This document shows, piece by piece, positions 1-9,679 of a DNA stretch of 30,850 bases. A program made the position numbers and the translations under genes. A model generated the notes under the pieces. That model saw only the letters and a program-made list of their open reading frames with translations, had not been told where the DNA came from and did no database searches. The first letter of the stretch is position 1; each line of letters starts with the position of its first letter. The DNA is from a virus (lineage: Duplodnaviria > Heunggongvirae > Uroviricota > Caudoviricetes), in the IMG/VR virus record IMGVR_UViG_2917875804_000003. The stretch is one strand, 5' to 3'.

Positions 1-174
1 ATGTACTTCGTTGGCAATAGCGATGACGATAAAGCAGCTGAGGCCACGAAGGTATGCTCTAACACAGACACTCAGAGAAACTTTGATCAGAACCTGCTCG
101 ATACGGTGACCAAATGCAAACCATTGATTGAACGTTTGGTAAAATATGAATTTAATGGACTGATGGAATGTTAG
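1..174 (+). CDS. hypothetical protein, 5'-truncated by window edge
   Basis: Open frame 1 from window start to TAG at 172-174; AT-rich; no recognisable motif. Confidence 0.2.
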   Translation: MYFVGNSDDDKAAEATKVCSNTDTQRNFDQNLLDTVTKCKPLIERLVKYEFNGLMEC

Positions 175-350
175 ATCCTATGTTTTCACATGACCGAATA
201 GATAGCAAAAAGAACCAGTTAACCTTCATTGGTGATAAGGTCAAATTCACCAATGGCTTCAATACCAAAATGACCATGACTTATGCTTGCACACTTGATC
301 TGCAAACTAAAGGAGTTGTGGACTTCAAGATTTCGGAAGAAAAGCTGTAG
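168..350 (+). CDS. hypothetical small protein (60 aa)
   Basis: ATG at 168, same strand as neighbouring small ORFs; AT-rich; no recognisable motif. Confidence 0.3.
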   Translation: MLDPMFSHDRIDSKKNQLTFIGDKVKFTNGFNTKMTMTYACTLDLQTKGVVDFKISEEKL

Positions 351-393
351 CAATTCCGCAGCCAGATTAACCTTCACTTAAGGATATTTGCAA

Positions 394-651
394 ATGGCTA
401 CCAGATACCAAACTGAGCTTGCCCTAAAGGCATTATTAACAGAGTTAAATCACTCAGGATGCGATTTGTATGAGCTAATTGAAAGAACAATTCTTCGTAT
501 GCAACAAGAACGTCTTTACATTAAAGAGGACTCTCACCGCGAAAGAGGTGGGGCAGAAGATGTCCTTTTCAGAGAAACAGAAAATCTCGTTGGTAAACGT
601 CCCCAGACTAAACCTGCTGACATTAATTCATTCGATATTGAAGATTTCTAA
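394..651 (+). CDS. hypothetical protein (~85 aa)
   Basis: ORF track 388..651 begins at TTG; first ATG at 394 has AAGGA about 10 nt upstream. No recognisable motif. Confidence 0.35.
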   Translation: MATRYQTELALKALLTELNHSGCDLYELIERTILRMQQERLYIKEDSHRERGGAEDVLFRETENLVGKRPQTKPADINSFDIEDF

Positions 652-696
652 TGTTAATTGCCGAATTATAATCAATTCGGCTTAAATATTTATTTC

Positions 697-1336
697 ATGG
701 ATATAAAAATGGACATATTTGAAAAGGGTAAGCTACTGTTATTTGTGCTTTTCATCATGCCCGGCTTTATTAGCATGAGAGTTTACAGACTCTTTCACCC
801 ATCTGCGGATTCTGACACTTCAAAAATTCTGATAGATGTAGTTTCTTATAGCTGCATAAATTATGCATTCCTATTAATACCAATATATCTAATTGAAGAA
901 AATGATATATTCCTTACTAGTCCAATCCTTTATTATTTATTTTATTTCTGTGTATTAATAGTTATCCCTGTACTACTACCTATGTTTTTAATATTTATTC
1001 GCAACTGTGAAATGGTCAAACGTTTCCTACCTCACCCTATTGGGCGTTCATGGGACTACTTTTTTTTCAACCAGACAATGCTGTTGGGTGCTGGTTACAC
1101 TTAAGAATGGTAAAAAATATGGTGGCTATTATGGTAGTGCTTCATTTGCATCAAGTAGTCCCGAACCGGAGCAAATATATCTAGAAAAACATTGGGCACT
1201 AGATGACAATTGTGATTTCGATCACGAACTAACCGATACATTAGGGATAATTATATTGACTAATGAAATAGAAAGTGTTGAATTTATTAAAGTACATAGT
1301 AGTAATCCTAGCAAAAGTGAGGCTGAAAATGGTTGA
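697..1336 (+). CDS. hypothetical membrane protein with C-terminal soluble domain, interrupted by a frame change in a T8 run (1060-1067)
   Basis: ORFs 658..1104 (hydrophobic, several predicted TM segments) and 1007..1336 join into one ~210-aa frame if the T8 run is read as T7. First ATG at 697. Confidence 0.4.
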
Positions 1337-1517
1337 AGATAAACCTGCTAACAATACAAGAACTATCCACGATGGCTGGCAACCTGTAGAAAAAGGTTAC
1401 CAGCCTACAAGCAGGCCAGACCAACAAAACAATGGCTACCAACCACCACGCCAGACCCAGCAAACCCAACATATTGCTCCGCCACCTAAAAAAACGTTAG
1501 TTAAAACCAGTTGTTGA
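1329..1517 (+). CDS. hypothetical small Gln/Pro-rich protein (62 aa)
   Basis: ATG at 1329 preceded by GAGG; low-complexity sequence with repeated YQP; may be spurious. Confidence 0.2.
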   Translation: MVEDKPANNTRTIHDGWQPVEKGYQPTSRPDQQNNGYQPPRQTQQTQHIAPPPKKTLVKTSC

Positions 1518-2154
1518 TGCCACAACTGATAAATTTCAGTTTTGAAATCATACACAAAGTATGTACAGCCCGCGTAGTTCCTATCTTCACGGGCTTCATG
1601 TTCTCATAACCATTCAGCACGAAAGTATCCTCCCCCTCCCGCATAAAACTAAATTACCAATTAAATATCAACACGGTAGAAACTTCATCATATCCACCGT
1701 CGATCCTTTCCACTGAAAAATACTGAAATTCTTTTCCATCTTTTCAGTTCACGTTAGCCACTAATCTCTCAGTAATGACGCTGTCCGTGTTGGTGGTTTG
1801 AAGAAAAAGCAAAATGAAAAAATTTTATCGATCCAGAAACCGCAGGCGGGTGCGGTGTAGCGCCGTTTTTGTCTGCGAAGGATTTATTTTGTCACCATAT
1901 CACCATACCAGCGCAACGCTACAATTCTGATCTTTTATACTTAGTGACCGAGTTATATTTGTTATTAAAGGGTTAATAATCCGTCTGCAGATGTCTATGA
2001 CAAGATAAGAAAGATGTTTTGTTAGTAATTCAACTAATTATTTGGGATTAAGTAGCCAATTATCAGTTCCGACCACATAACTTAATATTGTAGGCAGAAA
2101 ATCAGATCATTCTCATGTTACGATAATCCTCAGGATTATTAGGGAGAATAATTT

Positions 2155-2752
2155 ATGAGTAACAACAAAAAGTCTCATTATGAGGATATGAAGAAGTTGT
2201 TGTGCGCGGACATACTGCACAGCAGTAAAAAAATTCTCCTGGAGGAGAATCATACTACGTTGCTGGAGACAACCCGGACACAGATTCATGTGTTGGTGGA
2301 GGATAGCGAATTGCCTTTACTGTCAGGGAGGGAAATCAAGTATTAAGTGGGCACGAAGAATCCACCGGAGACTTGTTTCAAAATACAATACTGATATTGG
2401 ATTGGGGGCACAGATCGGGGAAAAATTCAAAATTTATCACTTCGTTGGAATAGTCATTTGTCCCCAGGCTGTGATTGGAAAAAATGTTCGTATCCGACAA
2501 AACACAACGATTGGATTAAAAACAGTTGAAGGAATCAAAGCCATCAGGATCGGAGACAATGTCGAGATTGGCGCAAATTCATGCATCATCGGTGATGATC
2601 TGACCATTGGTGATAATGTGACAATTGGTGCTATGTCATTCGTTAACCGAAACATTCCTGCCAATAGTGTCTTTATAACCCGCAGAGCCGCACAACTACT
2701 ACCGCTTGATACGCACTCCACCTCTAACTATCTTGAACTACACAACAACTGA
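2155..2752 (+). CDS. hexapeptide-repeat (left-handed beta-helix) acetyltransferase, WcaB/CysE-like; apparent frameshift near 2320-2346
   Basis: ATG 2155 with GGGAG RBS. C-terminal frame (2288..2752) has tandem [LIV]G-x-x-x-x hexapeptide repeats (IGDNVEIGANSCIIGDDLTIGDNVTIGAMSFV) that align by eye with the serine/colanic-acid acetyltransferase fold. N-terminal 63 aa are in a different frame. Confidence 0.55.
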
Positions 2753-2806
2753 AATACTGCTATCAGCAAGTCCAGAACGTTTCAACTTATCATGTGAGTG
2801 TCAGCA

Positions 2807-4510
2807 TTAGGCAATAATCACCTGATATTTTTCCCGGGTCTGCCCGGCTTTCGTCCCTGTCTGGGTGAACGCGGCGGCATTGGTTGGCATCCCAACGGAG
2901 GGATGAGAATGGCTCGCACATAGCTGCGCCAGCTCTTCCAGTAAATCAATGGTGTCCAGCATCATGGTCAGGGCGTTGATACTCTCACTGCCAATATGGA
3001 CAGTTGCCCCCATGACCTGCTGACCTCCAGTGGCTACTGATTTACGCAGTGCTGCAATCTTCTCTGTCAGGCTTTCGCCAACCTCCACGACTACAGCACC
3101 CCCCACTTTAGTGGACTGCAGTCCTGTTATGTCCGTTTCTTCGTTTCCTTCAATACTGGACAGCCTGTTACCTTTCACCGCCTGGCTATAATCACCGGCG
3201 CTGACCTGCTGGATGGCTCCAGCCAGCAATATGGCGGTTCCCAGTACCGTAGTTTTATCCGTAGCTTTCACCGCGGTTTCACGGCTGACCAGTTCGCGCT
3301 GTTCCGTATCGGCTTTTACCGTTCGCACCATCGATGTTTCACTGATGGTCTGATCGGTCTGCCTTACCCAGTCTCCAGCCTGAGTCACCCTCTGGGATAC
3401 TTCTTCCCGCTGCTGCTGCAATTGCTCACCGGGTTTAACGTCCGGCAGGCTGGTACCATCCGGCAGCGTCTGCCTGATAAAGGGTTTATCAGGTCTGCCT
3501 CCCGTGAATGCAACCTCAACCAGCGTCCCTTCTGGCGGAAACTGAAACATACCTGAATCATTCCCAGCCATCGGTACTGGCAACGGCACCGCTGAATAAA
3601 CAGGTGTCTGATTGTCCGGGTTTCCGTCTGCGTCAAGAAGCTGCACGTCCACGGCGTAACGTGGTCGGAAGGGATCGGCAAAGTTACCGCTTTTTACCGG
3701 CTCTGAATACGCCACGACTCTGGCCATCTTTGGCAAATGAAGCCCAGATGCCAGTTCAGGGTAATGGCTTTCAATCTGCCTTTGTGCCGGTGTTTTCTGC
3801 AAAGGTTTACCCGTTACGCGGTTTCTCGGCATCCATGTGATCGCCATCGTGTCATTCGTCAGATGAACCTTAGTCACGCGTTCACCGTTCATCTCCACCC
3901 CTGGCCGCATAGTCTGGATCACTGGTAATGTCACAGAGTTACCGCCAGCGGCCCCCTGGCTGAACTCTGATGGGATTTCTACGGGACGACCGGCAAACAA
4001 TGACTTTTCTGCGCCACCGACGTAAAGCGAACCATCAGGAAACTGGTACCAGATGTAATCCTGGATACTGAACGCCCTTCCCAGATTGTTCAGCAACTGA
4101 TAACCAGTACCGTTATGGGTAAAATGTGGGATAGGGGTATCGCTGTACTGTGCGTCAGGCACACTGACCGTGATCCCGCTATTTTCTTCCAACCAGACCG
4201 CAATTTCACGCAAAGTCGGGTGTTGAAACGAACATGGCCACATCCTTTCAAACACACCTGCCAACTCACGAATGAACAGGCGCTGAAAACCGTTTTCAGC
4301 GGGCTGCGATCGCTCCACATACCCCGTAAACCAGCGCAAAAGCAGATCGGTATACCCCACATCCAGCCTCACCAGTTTTCCGGTGTAATCGGTTGTTGTC
4401 TCTGCGGTGATGAAGCCCCGGCCGCAGCTGTTCAGCTCCAGTACCAGGCTGGCATCCACCAGGTGAACTTCATCCGTTGAAAGGTATAGGCGTTTTACTG
4501 GTTTCATCAT
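2807..4510 (-). CDS. baseplate central spike-like protein (gpV/gp5-type OB-fold) with N-terminal extension, 567 aa
   Basis: Internal segment VDVQLLDADG...FPPEGTLVEVAFTGGRPDKPFI matches the conserved spike OB-fold signature (PxxGxxVxVxFxxGdxdxPxI). C-terminus has an SHSHP motif like the metal-binding apex of P2 gpV. Last gene of the tail operon; GC like the phage core. Confidence 0.5.
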   Translation of the reverse strand: MMKPVKRLYLSTDEVHLVDASLVLELNSCGRGFITAETTTDYTGKLVRLDVGYTDLLLRWFTGYVERSQPAENGFQRLFIRELAGVFERMWPCSFQHPTLREIAVWLEENSGITVSVPDAQYSDTPIPHFTHNGTGYQLLNNLGRAFSIQDYIWYQFPDGSLYVGGAEKSLFAGRPVEIPSEFSQGAAGGNSVTLPVIQTMRPGVEMNGERVTKVHLTNDTMAITWMPRNRVTGKPLQKTPAQRQIESHYPELASGLHLPKMARVVAYSEPVKSGNFADPFRPRYAVDVQLLDADGNPDNQTPVYSAVPLPVPMAGNDSGMFQFPPEGTLVEVAFTGGRPDKPFIRQTLPDGTSLPDVKPGEQLQQQREEVSQRVTQAGDWVRQTDQTISETSMVRTVKADTEQRELVSRETAVKATDKTTVLGTAILLAGAIQQVSAGDYSQAVKGNRLSSIEGNEETDITGLQSTKVGGAVVVEVGESLTEKIAALRKSVATGGQQVMGATVHIGSESINALTMMLDTIDLLEELAQLCASHSHPSVGMPTNAAAFTQTGTKAGQTREKYQVIIA

Positions 4511-5055
4511 TAACCCAAAGCATCATTGACGGGCTTCAGTACCTTGCGTTCAAACCACGTCAGTTTTTCTTCATCTTCTCCGGCAGACTGGCCACCGGAC
4601 TGTCCCGCACTACCGGCAGTCTGTTTTTTTGCGGTCGTCTTACCTGTTGCCCTAGCCTCTTGCTTTTCCTGCACGCTGATATGTTCCGCCAGTGTGAATG
4701 TCACCAACCAGGACATCTTCCCGTCCTGCTGGGGTGCATCCACCGTTCCGCTGAACGTTGCTTCACGAAAGTTAACAGCACGGGCAACTTCATGCACCAC
4801 GCGATATTTCTGACGATTACCACTGGCATCGGTAGTACTGGCCAGCTCAAAAATACGCTTTAGTACTTCAGGCTGTTTAAAAGGTATTTCACCGCTGATC
4901 CGCAGTTCCTTTCCCTTTGCTCCCTGCTCTGATTTTGTTGTGGCACTGGTCTGGCCGGACTGATCTTTATCCTGAAATTGCTGTGAAACAGTCACCCGCA
5001 TGTTTTTCAGCTGGATGGCCTCGCCATTAAGCGCCAGTGTCGGGATCGAAGTCAT
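4510..5055 (-). CDS. hypothetical tail/baseplate-associated protein (181 aa)
   Basis: ATG 5055 with AAGGGA RBS inside the 3' end of the upstream gene; sits between fibre assembly gene and spike; no recognisable motif. Confidence 0.4.
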   Translation of the reverse strand: MTSIPTLALNGEAIQLKNMRVTVSQQFQDKDQSGQTSATTKSEQGAKGKELRISGEIPFKQPEVLKRIFELASTTDASGNRQKYRVVHEVARAVNFREATFSGTVDAPQQDGKMSWLVTFTLAEHISVQEKQEARATGKTTAKKQTAGSAGQSGGQSAGEDEEKLTWFERKVLKPVNDALG

Positions 5056-5752
5056 GAATCATTCCCTTTATTCCATCAAGATTATCGCCAACCAGCATCA
5101 TGGCTGCGGTGTAAACGGCAGACTGCTGCGGAATGTCCTTCACCAATTCCAGTAACAAGGTGCCGGTGTCTCCGCTGGCAGTAAAAACCCATACTCTGGC
5201 ACTTTTACCTTGTAAATCATTCAGGCCGCTGGCCACATCACTGATAAGCTGGTCACGCAGCTGAGTGAACTCGCCCAGCTGTTTTTTCAGCCCTTCGATA
5301 TCAAACCCGGCACCCGCCGCCTTTTGTGCCTGGCTGATTGCCGCAGCAGATAAAGCTGCCCTGGTGGTTGGTACAGACAGTGGAATGGACGCAGGTAACG
5401 CTGCGGCGGCTTTCGCCGGGATCTGCATCTTTTCAATAGCCAGCGCTGCGGCGGATTGCACCAGCCGTTTGACCTGCGTGAATGCCGGGGCAGGGAAAAT
5501 CCCGGCCAGGTTATTCAGGCTGGTCATAAAGTTTTCCTGCGTCTGTCCAGTGACCATCATAATCACCACGTCCGCATTCCCCCCAGTTCCGGCCAGGCGT
5601 TCAGCAAGATAGCGAACGGCATTAACCGGGCTGAGATATGCCCCGTTCGCTGTCTGCTGTCCCAGCCCATAAATCCACGGATGCGCAGGGACGATCGAAC
5701 AGTTCAGCGCAGCAACAGAATCCGTGAAGGCCAGACGTGCTTCACGCCACAT
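5027..5752 (-). CDS. hypothetical tail/baseplate-associated protein (~240 aa)
   Basis: ORF 5027..5788; internal ATG at 5752 reduces overlap with the upstream gene. Ala-rich; no recognisable motif. Confidence 0.35.
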   Translation of the reverse strand: MWREARLAFTDSVAALNCSIVPAHPWIYGLGQQTANGAYLSPVNAVRYLAERLAGTGGNADVVIMMVTGQTQENFMTSLNNLAGIFPAPAFTQVKRLVQSAAALAIEKMQIPAKAAAALPASIPLSVPTTRAALSAAAISQAQKAAGAGFDIEGLKKQLGEFTQLRDQLISDVASGLNDLQGKSARVWVFTASGDTGTLLLELVKDIPQQSAVYTAAMMLVGDNLDGIKGMIHDFDPDTGA

Positions 5753-6329
5753 TTCCAAGTATCTCCGGCCATACAATTTGCGGCGCATCTTCCGGTTGAA
5801 TACGGTTCAGTAAAACGCGGTATTTTTTCCAGGCGGTAAGCAGCAGTGCTTCTTCTTCGGTCGCCATGTCTAAATCAACGGCATCCTGCAATGTGGCAAT
5901 AGCGTCATTGGCCTGTTTAAGTAGTCTTTTCTTTTCGGCGTCTGCCTCGCTGACTAATGCAATTCGCATGGCATCCGCATCATCCACCCACGTCTTACCA
6001 TTCCATTTTTGCCAGGCATTAGCCGGTGCTAACGTGGTTGTCCCTTCCGGGTAAGCGCCTGGCTCGGAGATCACCAGTTCATTACCGTTTTCTGTATCAA
6101 ACAACACCTCACCACGATGATCCTCACGAGAAACCCATTTTTGCTTCTCTGAATCATAAATTGCCACAAACCCCGCTTTTATTACCGGTGGTTTTATTGT
6201 GGTGCAGTTGGCTGGCAGTCCGGTATACGCAGGTATAAAAGCGTCACCCAAACCAATAAATTCATTCGTGTCAGAACGCAGGTTATAAACGGTAACTGTT
6301 TGATCCGTTTCACTCATTTTAAAAGTCAT
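5742..6329 (-). CDS. tail fibre assembly protein (Tfa / gpG-like chaperone)
   Basis: C-terminus ...LQDAVDLDMATEEEALLLTAWKKYRVLLNRIQPEDAPQIVWPEI is the classic Tfa signature; immediately downstream of the tail fibre gene (TAATG overlap). Confidence 0.8.
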   Translation of the reverse strand: MTFKMSETDQTVTVYNLRSDTNEFIGLGDAFIPAYTGLPANCTTIKPPVIKAGFVAIYDSEKQKWVSREDHRGEVLFDTENGNELVISEPGAYPEGTTTLAPANAWQKWNGKTWVDDADAMRIALVSEADAEKKRLLKQANDAIATLQDAVDLDMATEEEALLLTAWKKYRVLLNRIQPEDAPQIVWPEILGNVA

Positions 6330-7904
6330 TATGCGAGTCTCACTATGTAGTTAAATACGATGTTTTTAACGGTCGTTTCTTCATTGCCCGACGCGGCGAC
6401 AGTAATGGTGTGACTGTGTGCGCCTATTGCTACGGTATGAGAGTGAGCTCCAATTCCTACAGAATGGCTATGTGCGCCAATCCCTACAATATGAGCATGG
6501 TTGCCAGCCAAATCCGTATTACCAGTTGTTACGTTATCGCCACCCTGACCTCTATTGATATCTCCGTTTTGAGTGGCCTGCCCCTTAACATATGTATGAG
6601 TATGTGCACCAGTTGTATCGGTTGTTTTGGTTCCGTAATCAAATGTGCTCACAGCTCTAGTGCCGTAGTCAAAGGATGATGTTGACTTCGTCCCCAGATC
6701 GGTACTGAATGCACTAGCGGTGTGGGCATGGGATTTATTGCCATCATCTTCATAGGACAAAACTGCACGGCCATCAGGTTTTCCTTTGATCGTCTGGCGG
6801 CGCATATCAGGAAGAACACCCGATGGGTATGCAATAGCCAGTCGCTGGTAAGCCACTGGATCAAACACCTGCCCCTGCATGATTGCGTGACCCGCTGGTG
6901 GAATATCAGTCGGCCAAGGAAATGGTACTCCAACCGGCACAACATCGCTAATGCTTAAGACCGCCAGCTCACCCAGCCCAAGATTTTTTCTGGCTTCCGC
7001 CTTGTCATTGATATCGGCAAGGTTTGCATCCTTACGCAAAAAATCGCTGCTGGCCTGTTGATCGCTCAGACTGCCTTTTGGCCTTAAATCCGTGATGTTG
7101 CCATCCACATCAATGCTGGCCACCGCAAATACAAAATGCTGAATACCGTTCTGAACATAATCAGTCAGATTTTCTACAACCGTGACTTTACTCTGTACAC
7201 TCCAGACACTGCTCAGAATCCCTGTCCAGCACACATCCAGCCAGACTTTTACCGACTTTGTCGTCACTGTAATATCCTGATTCGCATCCAGTGACACACG
7301 CAGTCCAGCCACATACCCCGTGCCTTTCGTGACATAAAACTGATTGCCGGTTTTGGCTACCAGATACCCGTTACCAAAAAAACGCCGCCGCGCCATAAAT
7401 ATCTGTATTTTCCAGACGCTGGCGCTCATCAATTCCGGCCAAACGTGCAGTAAAATCAATCTGCCAGGTTTCAGCGGGCGTATTAATCCCAGTTTCTGTT
7501 TGTGCACCGTTGTACTCCATCAGAAACGAGCGGGTCAGCACGTTCCCCTGTTGCCCTTCTTTTGTTTTCAGTTTCTGCTGTGCTGGTGCATGAACAATCA
7601 TTGCCAGCGTACCGCTGGCCTTATTGAGCAGACCAATCCAGTTAAAACTGAAATCCCCCACATCTGCGCCCAGCACTACGGAATAGACCACCCTGTTTTC
7701 ATCCACCACACCGGTACGGGTAACAGCTTGCCGGTGAACAATCTGTGCTGTCGGGGGCAACCCTTCATTGCGATCAACAGGGATATCCGCGTTTAAATCC
7801 GGCACACTGGCAAAAACAAATTCGTCCAGTAGTACCGGTTCACCTGTTGCGCCCTGCTGTGCTTTCCAGTTTTCAAACGCCAGTGTGATGGCTGTCTGTG
7901 ACAT
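6329..7904 (-). CDS. tail fibre protein, reading frame broken at an A7 run (7376-7382 on + strand; T7 in the coding sense)
   Basis: ORF 7371..7904 (conserved fibre N-terminus) and ORF 6329..7507 (distal part with HxH repeats) fuse in frame (...[19 protein letters not shown]...) if the run is 6 nt. Followed by Tfa. Confidence 0.75.
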
Positions 7905-7914
7905 AAAAATCTCC

Positions 7915-8508
7915 TTACAAACTCGCGCTGAATGTTGCGCTGCGGGCTTCCGTCCCTGCTAACGTCGCCGGGTAAACCACATATTCCCCATGATCCCACC
8001 CAGCCCGGATTACCAGGTTTTCAGACGTGATCACCTCAAACTGATAACGGCGGCATGTTCGCCCGTACTGGCGGATTATCTGGATCAGCAGCTGCGTGTT
8101 GTCTGCAATTTGGCTGTCTGTAACCCGAACCAGAATCACATCCCAGTCGATATTCGGTTGCCGTTCTAACAGTTCCACATAACCGATGCCCAACCGGTCA
8201 AAGATATTGATAAACCCCTCTACTGAACCAGCATCCCGCGCATTCACGAAGGCAAAAGCCACGCGTTTGCGAAACAGGCTCAACGGTTCACCATCAAAAC
8301 GGGTAATATCCCGGTCATAAGCCAGCAGGTTCAGTAATGCCGGTGTACACGTCAGCGGATCAAACTGATTTATTGGCCAGGTAACCCAGTTGTAAACCTC
8401 AGCCCAAAAACGCTGCGCCGTTTTCAGCAATTTCCCCGGTTCGCCTTTATTCATCCAGGAAGGCAAGACCATCCCGGCCAGCTTTTCCATAAACTCATTC
8501 ATTATCAA
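7915..8508 (-). CDS. baseplate/tail protein, gpI-like (Mu gp48-like)
   Basis: 197-aa ORF between baseplate J-like gene and tail fibre, the canonical gpI position; assignment by order and size. Confidence 0.6.
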   Translation of the reverse strand: MIMNEFMEKLAGMVLPSWMNKGEPGKLLKTAQRFWAEVYNWVTWPINQFDPLTCTPALLNLLAYDRDITRFDGEPLSLFRKRVAFAFVNARDAGSVEGFINIFDRLGIGYVELLERQPNIDWDVILVRVTDSQIADNTQLLIQIIRQYGRTCRRYQFEVITSENLVIRAGWDHGEYVVYPATLAGTEARSATFSASL

Positions 8509-9679
8509 TATTCACCGTCAGTGATTTCAGACGCGGCACGCCCAGTTCACTAGTAATGTCTCCGAGCGAAAATGTCAGTGATTCCGTCTGTGCAAAGGTT
8601 TTATGAATTTCCCGCCCCAGTTGCGAAAATGAAAACCGTGAATATGGCCACGTCTTTCTGACGTCAAAATCAGCATTTTCACGAAAAGCGCAGCGGATAA
8701 TGTTTTCAACGCCATCCTTCAGGCTTTTCCTTTCCTCATCGCTGAAATTATTCAGATTCTCGACATAAACCGTAACGGCCAGATCGTGAAACGTTTCCGG
8801 AATGGGATAACACTGCATATCATCACCATGTCCGTGATGCCCCTGGGTGTTGATATAGTCATTCACTGCATCCAAGAACGGTGCCGATGTCACCCCACTA
8901 TCCAGCAATAGAAATGCGTTTGCTGTTCCAGGTCCCCTCGGTGCTTCATGCTCAAAGAAAATCCTATCGATACTCAACCCAGCAACGCTGGCGATCATTG
9001 AGCGATAAACCGCATCAGTGTGGTAATTCCCCACCAGATTGAACTGATTGCGACAACGCTCGCGCAGTTCATCATCGCTCTCCTCGTCAGCTCCCGGCAC
9101 GGTCAGCCAGTTTTCCTCACTGGCCACATGGCTGATACCACTGACCGCCACCGGCAGAATGCGGTAGTATCCAGGCGCAAGGTTATAAGCGCCCCCGGTA
9201 CCAGTGGCTTGCACCGGCAGTAATGCGCTGGCTGCACTGGAAGCGATCACCACATCTTCAGTGGTGGCCAGCTCATAAACTCGCCCGTTAATGCGTTCTG
9301 TCTGGATAACCGTCCCAGCTCTGACCGTCACAACAGCCTTTGTGTCTTCTTTGAAGAACCGAATTACCCCCTGTGCAGCGCTCGCAGGTTTTGCCGTGAC
9401 GTTCACAGCCCAGGCCAGCAGACGCAACATGCTCCCGCTGGCCGTGGCCACAAACATATTAGCCAGCACGGTCAATACCAGAACGTCTTTCAGCCACATC
9501 ACCGGAGCGGTCACAATGGCGGTGATTAATCGCCAGAACGGTGACATTCGGGATGTATTGGTGATAATTCCCTCATCCGCTGCAATCGCATTGAAGTGTT
9601 CCCACACTTCGGCTTCCGTTACCGGCATACCGCTGTCCTTCACCACTTCTTCAAAATCGACCTGCGGTTTTTCCGTCAT
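8495..9679 (-). CDS. baseplate J-like protein (P2 gpJ / Mu gp47 family)
   Basis: ~395 aa from ATG at 9679 (MTEKPQVDF...), ATGA-coupled to the upstream W-like gene; size and position fit the baseplate wedge J family. Confidence 0.7.
   Translation of the reverse strand: MTEKPQVDFEEVVKDSGMPVTEAEVWEHFNAIAADEGIITNTSRMSPFWRLITAIVTAPVMWLKDVLVLTVLANMFVATASGSMLRLLAWAVNVTAKPASAAQGVIRFFKEDTKAVVTVRAGTVIQTERINGRVYELATTEDVVIASSAASALLPVQATGTGGAYNLAPGYYRILPVAVSGISHVASEENWLTVPGADEESDDELRERCRNQFNLVGNYHTDAVYRSMIASVAGLSIDRIFFEHEAPRGPGTANAFLLLDSGVTSAPFLDAVNDYINTQGHHGHGDDMQCYPIPETFHDLAVTVYVENLNNFSDEERKSLKDGVENIIRCAFRENADFDVRKTWPYSRFSFSQLGREIHKTFAQTESLTFSLGDITSELGVPRLKSLTVNIDNE

Noticed and set aside
3385-4480. 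ORFs of 60-120 aa overlapping the spike gene on either strand (3385..3681, 3508..3840, 3737..3928, 4090..4362, 4115..4480)
   Set aside because: Embedded in a long, well-supported structural gene; Arg/Cys-rich nonsense-like translations typical of off-frame reads of GC-rich phage DNA; no RBS support.
4510-5788. The two unknown genes after Tfa considered as a defence system in a P2-type hotspot
   Set aside because: Composition matches the phage core, genes are tightly coupled within the tail operon, and the adjacent 567-aa protein carries a spike OB-fold signature, so a structural role is more likely. Kept only as a low-confidence finding.
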